This document shows positions 1 to 13,257 of a stretch of 64,000 nt of DNA, piece after piece. The position numbers and the translations under genes were made by a program. The notes under the pieces were generated by a model. That model had not been told where the DNA came from and ran no database searches. It worked only from the letters and a program-made list of their open reading frames with translations. The stretch's first letter is position 1, and each line of letters starts with the position of its first letter. Where the stretch lies: NCBI GenBank assembly GCA_016748015.1, contig JAAOMT010000772.1, forward strand, positions 3,541-67,540, in the 5' to 3' direction. Source of the DNA: Geosiphon pyriformis uo1. Its lineage: Eukaryota; Fungi; Glomeromycota.

Positions 1-1694
1 AAAAACAAATTATTGCACCAACAAGCATTAAATCCGGATAAGATTTTTTAATTCAATAATATTGTTTAATAAAACCTTTTAGCAGTTGACTAATTATTAT
101 AACATTATCAAAAATAGATATATAACTTTTTTGTTTTATTTTCATAACCAAACAATTATATTAAATTCTTTTTAGAGTAAAGTTTTTTTTTAATATTATT
201 CATAAAATTTATTTATATGACTAATTTCATCAAAAACGAAAAATTTTTCAGAAAAACTGACTTCCCTACTAATAATTTAGAAATTTCTTTGTCCAATTTG
301 CAAAAAAAAATATTTTAAAACTTAACCTTCACCAATTTCATTTAACTGTTAGAAGGTAGAGGGTAATAACGAAATCGGTAACAGGAAATAAGAGAGAAGG
401 AAAAAATAAACAAAATGTCGGATGAAAAGGGTGATATGTGAAAACTCAGGAAGAAGACCTGAGCTAAATCATATAAAAAACGGTTGAAGTTTGAGGAAAA
501 ACGTGTAAAATAATTATGGAAATTAATAAATAGAATGATTTTTTTGAACATGAAAAAGGAAAATAATTATTCAAATTTTAAAAAAATTTTATAACTTGGG
601 TGCAGCCTTTTAAGCTTTCTTCAAGACTAATAAACACTTAAATAAAATATACTTATTTTCTAAGCATATTTTTATAGGCTAAAATTGGTCAAATTTGTTT
701 GAAATAATAAATTTTTTTTTACAAAACAATGATCTTATTTTAAAAATTTGTTATCATTTTAAAAGATGGTTTAATAAAAATAAAAGTATCGGTAAAATAA
801 TATTAAAATTCATAAATTATTTAAATATAAAAAGTTTAAGTCAAATAATTTAATTGCTTGTATTTTTTTACATCAAAAGTTAAATAATAAAAATTAAGAA
901 CAATTTCATATTTATTTGCTTTTAAGTTTTAATTGGTAATATTAAATGAGGTTTTATGGTATATTGCTGTTTTTAACACGATTTTAAAATTTTAAATTAT
1001 AATAATTTTTTTGCTTCTATTTAGTATTAGATTTCTTTTAACAATTTTAACAACAAATATATATTGTTTTTAAATTAAAATTCTTTTTAACTTTACAAAA
1101 ATTCAATAACCTGTTATTTTATTTTATTTTATTTTATCTTATTAGTCTATTTTTGATAATATATTTGATCTATATAAAAGTTCTGTAATAAACACCTCAA
1201 ACAATTTCCCAATTACAAAATTAAATCAAATTTTCTCTTATTAATTTATTTTATTGGAAGATTTTTAGATTTTAAAAAATTGAAAATATTTTATTTTAAG
1301 CAAATTATTTCTTTAAAATTTTTTTTAGTTATGTTATTAATATTTTATTTTACTGTTAATTTATTTTTATTTCTTAGTAATATAATTATGGTATTTTTAA
1401 ATTTAAATTATTGTGAAATTTTTAAATTGGATAATCATATATATTTTAAATTAAAAGATTATTATTATATCTTCTATTTATAATATTACTTATAATATAT
1501 TAATATATATATTTATTTACTTGGTTTTTTAATATTTATACTTGACTTTGTTTATTTTTTATTTTTAGTTAAAACTCTGATTTTTTTCAGTTTTTAGTAA
1601 CTTATAATTTGTGACAATTAAAACATTTTAAAATTAAACTGATTTGATGAGAATATTTCCAGTTTTTATATATATAAAATTTTTATAAAAAAAT

Positions 1695-1905
1695 TATTAT
1701 TACACCAACACGTTTATATTTAAAAAAATGGTCTTATACATAATGATAAAACATAATGTTAATTAACAGCAATTAATTTAACATTGAAGCATTAATTTCG
1801 GATAAATCAATAATTTTGTTTAATAAAACCTTTTAACGTTAACAAATTATTTTGATATCATCAAAAATGAAGATAAAAATTTTTCATGACCAAACAATTA
1901 TATTT
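1695..1905 (+). repeat. Diverged direct repeat of positions ~10-165
   Basis: Shared blocks with 10-165: tatt(a/g)caccaaca, aagcattaa..cggataa, tcaataat..tgtttaataaaaccttt, atcaaaaat, tcat(g/a)accaaacaattatat; one ~75-bp indel. Confidence 0.6.
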
Positions 1906-3017
1906 AAAAAATTCAAGTTTTACTAGATCCGTTATCTATTATCAAAAGATCTTTTTCCAAGGCGTAGGATTCAAAGGTAAACCAGGGAAATCTGTCCCAG
2001 GTTCTGAGCTCTCATGAAGACAAAACGGTGGTCCCATTGTTTCCTCAATATGTCAATTTACAAACTAATCCTCATTAGCCTAAAACCTTTGATACAATGT
2101 CAGAAATCTAGAAACCAGATCATTAAAATGCGGGTAATGATTAACTTTACCCCACAGAACATCAAAGACGTACTAGTACAAAAAATCGACAATAATACAA
2201 CAACTAGTTCCATTATACTCTACGTTGTTCGACAAGTTTGTGTAAACGCCATGGGGATAATCTAATTGTTAAAAGTTAGCCAATATCCTAATTAAATGTT
2301 ATCGGTGCAACAGCATGATAATGTCATGGGTCCTATCAAACAACTAACCCATTTATTGCTGAGAGATTACTATCTATTTCTGCAAAATACCCTTGCATCA
2401 TGAAAAAATAAAAAAAATTGACAGCTTGGATGTACTGCAGGTACAGTCTGCGCATCATGAAACCGGAAGTAATTCATGATAAAAAGTTTAATTACAATCC
2501 CGTAATTAGTAAGATTCCTTTTTTTCAGGAAAAATTACTTTTTTCCATAAGTCATAATTCGATTTAAAAGAGAATTCAAAGAGAATCTTTTTGAGATAAA
2601 ATTTTTTAGAGACGCGTTTAAGGAATAAAAGGCTCAATCAAAAACTAATCCTTTAACCGAGATATCAGTGTTGATTTTGTAGGTCAAATTTGTCTAGAAA
2701 ACAAAGGGAATTTTTAAAAAAGTATGAATTCGATTTTACTGATAATTCGATTTTCGTTGATTGATTGATCTAAAATACCAAAGAGATTAGAAGAGATGCA
2801 GAAACAAATATCTATATTTATAAATTTTGATTAAATGGCTTTATGGTATCCTTTTAATGTCATGAATATTTCAGTGGGTAATTGATTTAAATCGACGGAT
2901 GCCAAGGGTCATCTTTATCACCTTCTAGTTTATATATACATCCCTATTTCATCTCTTAATGCGATATCTAGTAATTATTTTCATAATAATAATAATACCA
3001 AAAAAAATTAATGAAAA

Positions 3018-3785
3018 ATGATTACCTCTACCATTCCCCTTCGATTTAAACATCTCGGCTTCATCGCTCTTTTAACGATAATTTTTTCTCTCTTTTTATT
3101 TTCACTAATCACCTTTCACCATATACCCCTTAACGTTAAATTTCAAGATGAGATACCAGCTGCTGCCAGTATTCATAGCACTTTTTTTTTTAAACGTCGC
3201 CTGAATAAAGATAATCGTATTGGTAATGGTGGAATTACGTTGAACAATCAACAGGCAACGTCTTCCGAACTTCAACGTGAACTTCATCAACATACAGAGG
3301 TTGAAAGTGAAGATTGGTGGGAAATTCAACGATCTTATGAATATCAAACCACGGATTCTCTTGGTGATTTCTTCTTGGTACAAGTAGAAGAAGCCCAGGT
3401 GATTCATAAACAACATGCACAGATGGATGATATTCAACGAGCTGAAAATTCTCAAATACAGCAAGCGTCACAAGAATTCCTAAATACTCAGTTAGGATTC
3501 CAAAAAGAAGCGACAAATGCTAATAGTACATCTTTAGCTGTTGAAGAGGTCCAGCAACATCAACGCGAAGATTTAATGGAGGTTAAACAATGGCAAAAAA
3601 TCCACGTTGTTCAGGTAAACTTTTACGGACTGTTTAAGAATGAATACGAGGAAGAAAGATTGGTCCAGTATGAGTATTCTTTATCGATCGACGCGTTCAA
3701 TGAATGGGAATATTCGGCTGAAGAGGAGAATCAAAACGCGGATAATTTGATGCTTGGTTATCAAAGGCGGTCAAAAATTGGATAG
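3018..3785 (+). CDS. Host hypothetical protein, 255 aa; N-terminal signal anchor followed by an acidic/Gln-rich helical region
   Basis: Uninterrupted ATG..TAG ORF with an A-rich start context and retained CpGs, unlike the repeats. Hydrophobic LGFIALLTIIFSLFLFSLITF (aa ~13-33), dibasic KRR at ~59-61, E/Q-rich remainder. No family recognised. Confidence 0.7.
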   Translation: MITSTIPLRFKHLGFIALLTIIFSLFLFSLITFHHIPLNVKFQDEIPAAASIHSTFFFKRRLNKDNRIGNGGITLNNQQATSSELQRELHQHTEVESEDWWEIQRSYEYQTTDSLGDFFLVQVEEAQVIHKQHAQMDDIQRAENSQIQQASQEFLNTQLGFQKEATNANSTSLAVEEVQQHQREDLMEVKQWQKIHVVQVNFYGLFKNEYEEERLVQYEYSLSIDAFNEWEYSAEEENQNADNLMLGYQRRSKIG

Positions 3786-4831
3786 CCTTGGCTGGTTTGA
3801 AACCTTGAGACAGGGGGATCATATATGACACAGAATTGAATATGTATTTTTTAAAGTGTAATTTTTAGATCCTTTCTTACCCATAATTCACTTAATGTTT
3901 CTTTTTGGATTTTAATAATTGAAAAAAAAAAGAAATTCAAAACTTGAGTTTCATAGAAAAACAATTTTTTCTCCTTCCTAAGCACCTAACTCGAGCATTT
4001 AAAAATCTCCTATTTTGAAAAAAGGAGGCGGGTTGAATTTGAAATTCCAAGTGACATTCTAAAGAATCAATTGAAAATAGTTTTTTTTTATCGATAACTG
4101 AGAAATCCTTACCCTAAAACGGGTAGAAATATGAGTATTTAATTATTAAAGAGACCACGGATGTCGAATTGTAGATAGTGTTTAGCCGCATTTTGTAAAT
4201 TTAGATTATTGAGTTTATGAAAAGGTCATATATTTTTGGCCGAAATAATAAAATACCGCTACATGTTAAAAAGAAAAAATTGATTTGATATCAACCTATT
4301 GATAATAATAATAATAATAATAATAATAGAGAAAGGGAGTTAAAAAGCAAAATACTCGTAAAAGATTAGATAAAGAAAATTTAATAGAGTGAGTTCATAA
4401 TTATCTATTAAATGTAATTGGTTTTTGGCACAATTCAAAATTACTTATCGATTAATAAACAACCTTTTGGAATAATTATACTAGTTTTTTCACATTTGAG
4501 TTTCTACATAGCTTTGAGTTTTTAAATTTTAAACAATTAAAGGGGTCATTTGTATTTTTTATTCTTACAATTAATCATATATATATATACTACTATAACT
4601 ATTATTAATTTATTTGAATCTTTTTTAATCATTGATAATTCAAATAAATAATTATAATAATAATTCTTTTAATTATGTCTTTTGCTTAATATTATTACAA
4701 AAAAAAAACAATTTTGTGAAAATGCTAAATAATTATTAAATTAGCTATTAAAATGTTAAATAGTAATTTTGTTTTATTTAATATATAAATTTAAAAAAAT
4801 ATTTTATTAAAAATGCTTTATAACATACACA

Positions 4832-4880
4832 TAAACGCGAATCATGCTTTTCTACACCTGACCAGCCATCCGAGCCGATC
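4832..4880 (-). other. Stand-alone copy of the LINE 3'-tail structured motif
   Basis: Minus strand GATCGGCTCGGATGGCTGGTCAGGTGTAGAAAAGCATGATTCGCGTTTA aligns with the LINE tail GATTGGCCCGAATGGCTGGTCACGTGTAGACAATACATGATTCACATCTA at ~21416-21465. Confidence 0.75.
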
Positions 4881-7800
4881 CACAAGAAATCATGTTTAAA
4901 AATTCTTGATCAATTAGAAACATTAAAATTAAATAATTATTTATATTATTATTAATTATTATATAATATATTGTAAATTATTATTATTTTATATCTAAAA
5001 ACAAATTTTTTATTTTTGAGTATGTTCAATCTATATAATTTTTATTTAATAAATATAAAGATTAAAATAATTTTTTTTAAAAAACATAAAAATTTCAAAA
5101 TAAAATAATTTAAATTAATATATATTAAATCGAAAAAATACAATTTAAAATTTTAAATATTTTAATTTTAAATCAATAAATACTTATTTATTTTTTAAAT
5201 TAAAAACACTTAATGTTTCAATTTTACCAAAGTATTTATCAACTATTTATTATTACTCAAATAGAAAATAACAAAAATAATAATAGTATTAAATTAATCA
5301 ATCAAATAATAATAATAATTATATATAAAATAAAATAACAAGAAATTTAAAAATACCAAAGAAAATTTTAAGAATACCCAAAAAATAATTAAAAAATAGC
5401 CAAAAATACAGATATAAATAGTATTGATTAACAAAAAAAAATCTAATAATTAAACAATTAAAGAATTAAACTATATTTGAAATAAAAATTATTATTTTTA
5501 TAGATAAATTTAAGTTACTATTAATATTAATATTATTATTACTATTATTATTATTATTATTACTATTATTATTATTATTAATTTATAATTCTTATTTCAT
5601 TATATTAGACTAATAATTCTTAATTATAACTATTAATAAAATGTTAATTTTTTCATTTTTTTAATTTTTTTTTTCTTGTTTTATTTTATTAAATTAATTA
5701 TTGAAAAAAATAATATTATAAAAATAGTATTATAAATATTTTGGTAAAAAATACATATTATAAGTATAAAATTAATTTGTTAAAAGTTAAATTACTTATT
5801 AAAAAACGATAAAAAACATAAAAACAAATCTGTTAAAAAAAGCAAAAAAAGTTAAATACTAAGTATTAAAAGCCATTATATTATTAAATTTCTGTTTTTT
5901 ATATAAAAAACTATTAAAAAACTTTTAAATTTACAAAATTATAAATTAATCAGTCAAATAACAATACCAAATTATAAAAACTTATTCAAAAAATATTTAT
6001 AATACTATTTATTTTTAATATATTTATATAATTATTTTTTAATTTTAATGTTATTAAGCTTAAACTTATTTTTTTTAATATATATATAAATTTTATATCT
6101 TTTTATAACTAATAATAATTAATTTTTAAATTTATAAGTATTTATAATTTAATTTTTATTAAATTGGCTAAAATTTTTAAATATAGAAATAATTAATATA
6201 TTTAATCTAAACTTTTAAAAAAACAAATAATTTTTAATATTTATAATAAAATTAACTTTACCAGTTAAAAAAAAACAATTGAATTTACCAAAAAACTCAC
6301 TTTTTTTATTATAAATTTAATTAAATTTAACAAATTTTACAATTTAAATTTTCAAAAAACCAATTTTAATTCAAATTTTATATTAACAAAATTACCAGAA
6401 AAGCCAAAATAAAATATTATTAAAAAAAATAACAACTTTTATATAAAATATTAATTTTAAAAATTAATATAATCAAAAAAAATTAATTAATTTGGTTTTA
6501 AATCTATTATAAAAAGCAATAACTTTTTTTTAATTATAAAAACTAATTAACAAATAAAACCAGTTTTAATAACTTTAAAAACCAAAATACATAATAGCAT
6601 ATTATTATAAATAAGCTTAAAATTCATAATTTTATTAATAATACTTAAAACAAATTTAATTTTATTAAAAAAAATACTTAAAAAAATATTATACAAAATT
6701 ATAATAATAAAAACAATAATAAAAACAAGTATTATAAAAGATTTTACAATTTAAAAAAAGATAAAAAAGAAATTTTAATATTAAATTTAATTTTTGCAAT
6801 TTTATTAAACATTAAAACAGAAATTATCTATTTAAAAAACTTTTAACAATTTATAAATATTTTTAAATAAAACAAAAAATAATTATGTATAATTAAATTA
6901 AAAATAAATATTAAAATTAGTATAAATATTATTATTATTTTTTTATTGTTTTAATAAAATATAATCTAATTATTAACTATAAAATAAATTTTAAAAATCT
7001 TAAAAAATTATAATTTACATATTAATAATACTTTTTTTTTCTTCTTATTTTATAATCACAATTAGAGCAAAAAGTAAAAAAGTTTTAAACATTATTTTCT
7101 TTATAATAATTAATAAAATTTCAATAAAAAAGATTTTTCTATTATTAAAACAGTTAAACAGAATGTTTTAATAATATTTACTTTAAATATTAATAATAAA
7201 AAGCTGTTTTTAATAATTTTTAAAACATTTTTTTTATTTTTAACTAGTAATTTTTTTCTAGTTAAAGTTTTTTCTAAGAGATACACTTAAATTAGTCTTA
7301 ATTTTGTTTTTATTTTCTTTAAGAGTTTTAAAATTTTTAATAATAGACTAGTTAACAAGCTAATATTTTTTGTTCATATTATTAATATTATTATTATCAC
7401 TTTACAAATAACCAAAAAAATTAAAGAATTAAAAACAGTATTTGCTATTATTATACCAAACTTTTTTGTAGTCTTAAATAAAATCTTGAATAAAATTTTT
7501 TTAGCAATAACTAATTTTTTTCTTAATATAAATAATAATAATAACAACATGTTTTTTAAGATAAACTAAGATTAATTATTAGTTATATTGTTAAATATAA
7601 TGTTTTTTAGCAGATTATTATCAATTTTAGAAACAAAACAACTTATTAAATCACTTGATTTTAAAAATTAGACTGATCAAATAAAAACTGAATTAATTTT
7701 TGCTTCTTTGTTTTTTGGTACTGCTTTTAATAATGCCTAAAAAACAATTTCCAATTGTTAAAAATTTTTTAGATAAGTGATTTTTATTCTAATATCTGAT

Positions 7801-8579
7801 GTTATTTTCAAAATTAAATTGGTCTTAATTAATTTTTTGTTTTATTTGCCACCTAGTTTTATTGGACTTAAATTGGTTTTTAAAAACAATATTAAGGTTT
7901 TGATTAAACTGAATTAAATTAAACTAAATTTTCAAAGTAGATTTAATTCAAGTTTGGTATTAAATTTTTTTAACAAGTCTAAGTTTGGTTTAAACCTAAT
8001 TCAAAGTATATAAACTTATTCAAATTCAATAAAATTAAAAAAAATATATAATTCATATTACTTGTTTATTAATTATTACTTTATTTAATTATTATAATTA
8101 AGTAAAAAAGTATATAAACTATACATGTATAAAAATTCTATTTTCCAACTTACCAAAATAAATTCATTGTCAGTATTATCCAATGTTACTAAAAATTCAA
8201 AATAACAAAATTTGATAATCCAAATAATCTAAATATTAATATATTTGGTAAATATAGTTTTTAGAATAAAATATAAGACTATTTTAATAAATTTAAGTAT
8301 ATAAAAAAAACAACTATATATATGATCTCAAAATATGTACATAAACTATTTTTTTATAAAACTATAAACACTATTAAACTTTTATAATACTATTTAGAGA
8401 CTTTTTACCAAACAGTATATATAACAATGGAAAAATATTATAAGAAAAAGCAAAATATTCAAAAAGATTGTGAATTAATTAAAAAAATGCTTCAATGAAT
8501 AAGATTGCTATTTTTTTTATGATTTTTAGCCAATCCAATTAGAAAATTGCTTTAGCTTTTTGGAGTAACTGCTATTAAT

Positions 8580-11000
8580 ATTGATAATAAAAAACTTTAT
8601 AACATAATTATTTTTTGGCTTATTAACTATTAGTAACCATTTTTTATAGTAGAAAACTCTAAATTAATAAAAATATTTCAATATTTGAATTCTATTTTTT
8701 AACCTGTTTGTGCTAATGCAATTAAGAATAAAGTTATAGAACTTTATGTTTTAAGTAGACAAAAATTAAAAATAAGCACTATCTTTATTATGAAATGTTT
8801 TTTTTTACTTATACTTATAATATAATAAACATACTTAGGTATTATTAAGTCCAAAATTTTTTTTACATAAGATCTTTGGATATCTTCCAATAACAAAGTC
8901 TTTGTTTCTATTACTGCTTATTATATTAATGATAATTAGGACTTTTAATAAATAATAATTGATTTTAAATTAATAAGTAGACAATATAATAGATTAAATA
9001 TTACAACCAGATATTTTAAAATATTAAAATATTATAGAATTACATCAAAAATACATACATATATTTTTGCATGAATTTGAATTAATTAATAACCAATAAT
9101 AAGATTAACACACTATATAACATATTAGTATCATCTAAGACTCAAAGTTACTATAGTGTTTATATCATTGAAAATTGTATTTTTTCAATATTAATTTAAG
9201 TTGATTTTTACCATTATCTTAAAGCTAAATTTTTGGTATTAGTATTATCTAAATTCAGAGTTATTTTAATACTTATATTATCAAAAATTATATTTTCTTA
9301 ATATTAACTTAAGTTAATTTTTATTATTGCTCCAAAGCTGAATTTTTGGTATTAATATTATCTGAAGTTTAAAGTTATTATAGTGCTCATATTATTAAAA
9401 ACTGCATTTTCTTAATATTAGCTTAAATAGTTTTTATTATTGTTTCGAACCAAATTTTCAGCCAAAAATGTTTAAGAAAGAGTTATACTGACTCTCTTTT
9501 ATATAAATTTATTATTAATTTTATTAGTTATACTTAATTTTTTTTGACAATTTTTTATTATTACTCTTAATAATACTGTAAATAATAATATTTTTATAAA
9601 AAAGTTAGCAAAAAAAAATTAGAAAAGAAAAATGTTCAATAGAACTTGAAGGATCTTTAATATTAATACTTTGATTATATTCTAAACTTAGTAGTATAAA
9701 CAGCTCTAAATGAAATAAAAAATAATGTTTCTAAGATATTTGTTAAAAACCCAAATCAAATATATTTATTTGAAATTTTTCTAATGTAAACTTTGTATAA
9801 ATTAAAGATTAAAGAACTTAACTTTGTAATTTGTATCTTATTTCAATGTTTTGAGTTTCTTTTATATGCCTATAATAGATGTCAAATTAAATATTATAAG
9901 CCTATTTTGGATTGTCTCACCCAATAAAATTCTACTTATAATATAGTCAGAAATAAGTTATTTTTTAAATTAGCAAGTTATTTATTTTTGATTTTATATA
10001 TTTTGAATACAAAAATTTTAACTGTAAATTTATAGACATTAAACATTTTTACTAATATTTATATTGATCTTTATCAATACACTATTTCATATAATTAGTA
10101 AACTGTTTTTGATAAAATTGTTAAATTTTTTGAATTATTTAAGAATATTACAGTCAGAATATTAACCAGTTTAAATAATACTGTTTTTTTGATTATTTTT
10201 TTCTTTAATATTATTTTTAATTATGTCAAAGACACAATTAATAATAATGAATCTGATAAAATATTATAATCTTGATTGTATTTATTTAATTATTTATTTA
10301 ACATATTTAATATTAGATCTATTACTTATTATAATAGCTAAAGTAATAAGAGGAAAGTTGATTAAATATTACTCTAAAACAAATACAACTGTAATGTTTT
10401 GTACTATATTAGATCTAAGAAGAAAATTTCATTATTTTACAAAAAAATAAATTTTTAATGACAATATTAATAAAACAAAAGAATTGTAAATTATTAATTT
10501 ATTCAAACAGTTTTATTTTTTAATTCTTACACAATAAATAAACCTTTAAAATACATATTTTTTTTGAAATAGAGTACATACTGAATATTATACCAACATT
10601 AAATAACAGTTTTTTGTTGAATGACAATTTCAATAATACTATAGCATCAGTTATATAATTTATATTAAAAGCAAACTTTGATGATAATGAAAAAAAAAAA
10701 CTTGATAAAATTGATTATTATATTTTTGAAAAAATAACCAATAAAGAAATAGATATAATAATATGATAAAAGATATATTAAAAAAATATTTATCTAAATT
10801 AATATTTTATTAATAATTTAATATTTAAGCATATCAAACACAATTTTTTTGTCTTGTATATATAACTTGTAATTATTTGGCAATCCAAGAATTATCTGTT
10901 GTTTTTAAACATATCTTCTTTATAAATAAAAATATAATTACAAATATGAGGTTTTGCTTAGTGTTTAAAATTATAAGAACAATATAGTGTCTTTAATTAT
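8580..11000 (+). pseudogene. hAT transposase pseudogene with several introns
   Basis: PFFIVEN..FQYLN (~8637); DLWISSNNKVFVSITAYYI (8871, DxWTS first D); ITLNNTVNN (~9560, TLDNA second D); YFDYILNL (CxxH, ~9667); KPILDCLTQ*NSTY (RWNST, ~9898); TILDLRRK (LDPR, in ORF 10223-10450); NYLAIQELSVVFKHIF (dimerisation/E region, ~10871). Confidence 0.88.
9125..9463. repeat. Three tandem copies of a ~113-114 bp unit inside a hAT transposase intron
   Basis: Units start at 9125, 9239 and 9352 (tta(g/a)ta(t/c)atct...); the first two end aaagct(a/g)aatttttggta. Confidence 0.85.
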
Positions 11001-11710
11001 AGATGTAGAAACTATTGAAAAAAAAATTAAATAATAATATAGTATAATATAATATTTTGAATAGTCAAATTTAAACATATTTATAAACTTTAAATTAAAT
11101 TTGAATTAGACTTGTTATATGTGTTCAGATTTGGTTTAAGTTTAATAATTTTAAGTTTGATTTAAGTTCAAGTTCGAAATTTTGCCAAATTTTTAATTTG
11201 AATTTAGTTTAGTTCAATAGTTTAATTAAACTTTAACCAAACTAGACTAAATATCAGAATCTTAAATAATATTAATTTGTTTTGTATGAATTTTGTTTTT
11301 AAGAATTTTTTGGTTGCTATTATTAAAGTTTTTATTAATAGTTTTTTTAATTATACTTAACATTATAAAATTTTTTATAATGGCTTTTGGTTTTTTTTTT
11401 TCTATTTTTATTATATTTTGTAATATATTTTTAGCATATTTTTTGATAATATTAAGAATATTTTTGGTATTTTTAGTGTTATTACTTTTATTAAATTGAA
11501 ATTTACTAACTTATAACAATATATTATTGTTAATTTTAAGAATTTTTTTCTGTTGTTACTGCTTTTAATAATTAATCTGTTTTGGCAAAAAAGAATAGCA
11601 TTTAAAATTTTTTTTAATTAAAAAAAATTATTACTTCTTAAGATTTTTTTAAAACCAAATTAATTAACTTTTTTTTTGGTTATATTGCTTTTAAAATCAA
11701 TAACATAATT

Positions 11711-13257
11711 GTGATACATCCTCTTTTTCTGTCTATTTCTTGCCTTTGGATGATGGTGGCTCTTTAAATATTCTTTGTTCTTGTGGGTTTAGTGCTATTA
11801 ATGCAAATTTGTTGTGTTCTGATGTTGGTCATCTTTCTGTCTATATGGATGGATCTTTAAGTGGCTTGGGGTCTGTTAATATAAAAGCTGGGGCTGCTGT
11901 TTTTTTTAAGGACATTAGTATGGATTTGGGTGTGAGAGTTTCTGGTTTGATGTCTTCTACCTTGACAAAGTTGCAGACCATTGCTCTAGCTCTTGAGTGT
12001 GTTCCTTCTTCTTGCTCGATTGACTTGTTTTCGAACAATCAAGCAGCTTTGGATGCTTGCAAGTTGGAATTGGATTTGGTTTACCCAGATTTTAGAAATT
12101 AGTGTTGAATTGAATGTCGCCATATTGTGAATGTCGTTTGTCATAAAAATTTAAACATTAATTGGTATAAGGTTAAAGATTATTTAGGTGTTTTAAGCAA
12201 TAAGCATGCAGATGAGTTGGCCAGAGCTGCAGCTCTCTCTCGCTGAAATCTGCCCCATTTTATCAATAAATGCTATCTTAGGGTTGATGGTGCTGCCGTT
12301 TCTGGTAATTCTAGGCATTTTGTTCAGAATGTTTTTTGATCAGTTCATTGTGCACATTGGAAAATCAGTTCTGGTTTGTGGGTAGTAGTGGATAGTCTGT
12401 ATGCAGATATTGATTGGTTCAGATCATTGCTAGTATGGCATCCAGACTCTCACATGGCTGCTGGCTTCACTAGCAAATAGACTGCTGGTTTCCAGACATA
12501 TTTTATTAAGACATTGCACTTTTGGCTCCCTGTTGCCATGCAAAAACAGCTTTATGATAAGAGTTACTCTAGTGTAGTGTGTTTGTTTTGTGGTGATGTC
12601 AAAGTTTCGGACCATGCTTTTTTTTGTCCATTTAATGCCAATGTTCATGCTCGTTTGTTGGACTCTCATGTTTCAGCTTAGGGAGTGTGATTTGGTTTAG
12701 GTCGTTCTTCCTTAGTTGTCTTACAGCTGTTGTTTACTTGTTTGTCCAACATTTTGGTCAGCATTGCTCTGTACAAGGGTTTCGTTTTTAAAAATTGGTT
12801 TCATGAGTTTGTCTCTGTTTTCAAGGATTCCAAAGTAGTGAGTCAGACCATTGTGGTCTTTGTGCATGAGTTTAGTCATGCTTTTTGGAAAGACATTTGA
12901 TTGGTTCATGTCAAGCACCATGCCTTTATGGAAAAAAATAGGCTTATTCCACATAATAAATCTGTTCTTATCTCAATTTCTGAGCATTCTTTGGTGCTGT
13001 CGATGGGCATGATTGGATTGCTGGATGTTGCTGAAGCAATTGGTGTTGGTTTCAGTTTTCATAAGTCTTGTTTGTTTTTTTTAGGCATAGGTAATAAAGT
13101 TTCTGTTCATATAAGTATATAGTGTTGTCCTAATTAGTCTGAGTGACTAATCACATGTAGAAAGAGCATAATTCACACCTAATTTAGATCATTTTGTATA
13201 ATGTATTGCATTAGGCAGTGTTTGGACTTCATTTGTTAAATGAAAAAAAAAAAAAAA
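11711..13257 (+). mobile_element. 5'-truncated LINE: RNase H, C-terminal CCHC, 3' UTR and poly(A)
   Basis: VYMDGS, KLQTIALAL and CLFCGDVKVSDHAFFC are homologous to 20117-21406. A-tail at 13243-13259; TSD aacataatt at 11702-11710 and 13258-13266. Confidence 0.93.

Larger units (their letters stand above)
7893..11264 (+). mobile_element. Degenerate hAT-superfamily DNA transposon
   Basis: TIRs TAAGGTTTTGAT and rc TAAGATTCTGAT, with subterminal repeats. 8-bp TSD aacaatat (7885-7892) / aataatat (11265-11272). Transposase motifs inside. Confidence 0.88.

Noticed and set aside
342-1483. Short F/L/I/N-rich ORFs (342-551, 1280-1483) and similar ones at 27474 and 52491 as membrane proteins
   Set aside because: Hydrophobicity is a by-product of AT-rich or repeat DNA; no motifs, and several use non-ATG starts.
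4845-4865. SRP RNA helix 8 (CAGG..AGCA) or a riboswitch
   Set aside because: No intervening stem or GNRA loop of the right size; better explained as the LINE tail motif.
4302-5580. (TAA)n and (TAT)n microsatellites at ~4302-4328 and ~5532-5580
   Set aside because: Ordinary simple repeats in AT-rich DNA.
6200-6950. Possible ancient Ty3 integrase 3'-end remnant
   Set aside because: Only faint resemblance to 38950-39300; too eroded to support by eye.
9125-9463. CRISPR-like array
   Set aside because: Contiguous ~113-bp tandem units without unique spacers, no cas genes, eukaryotic context.
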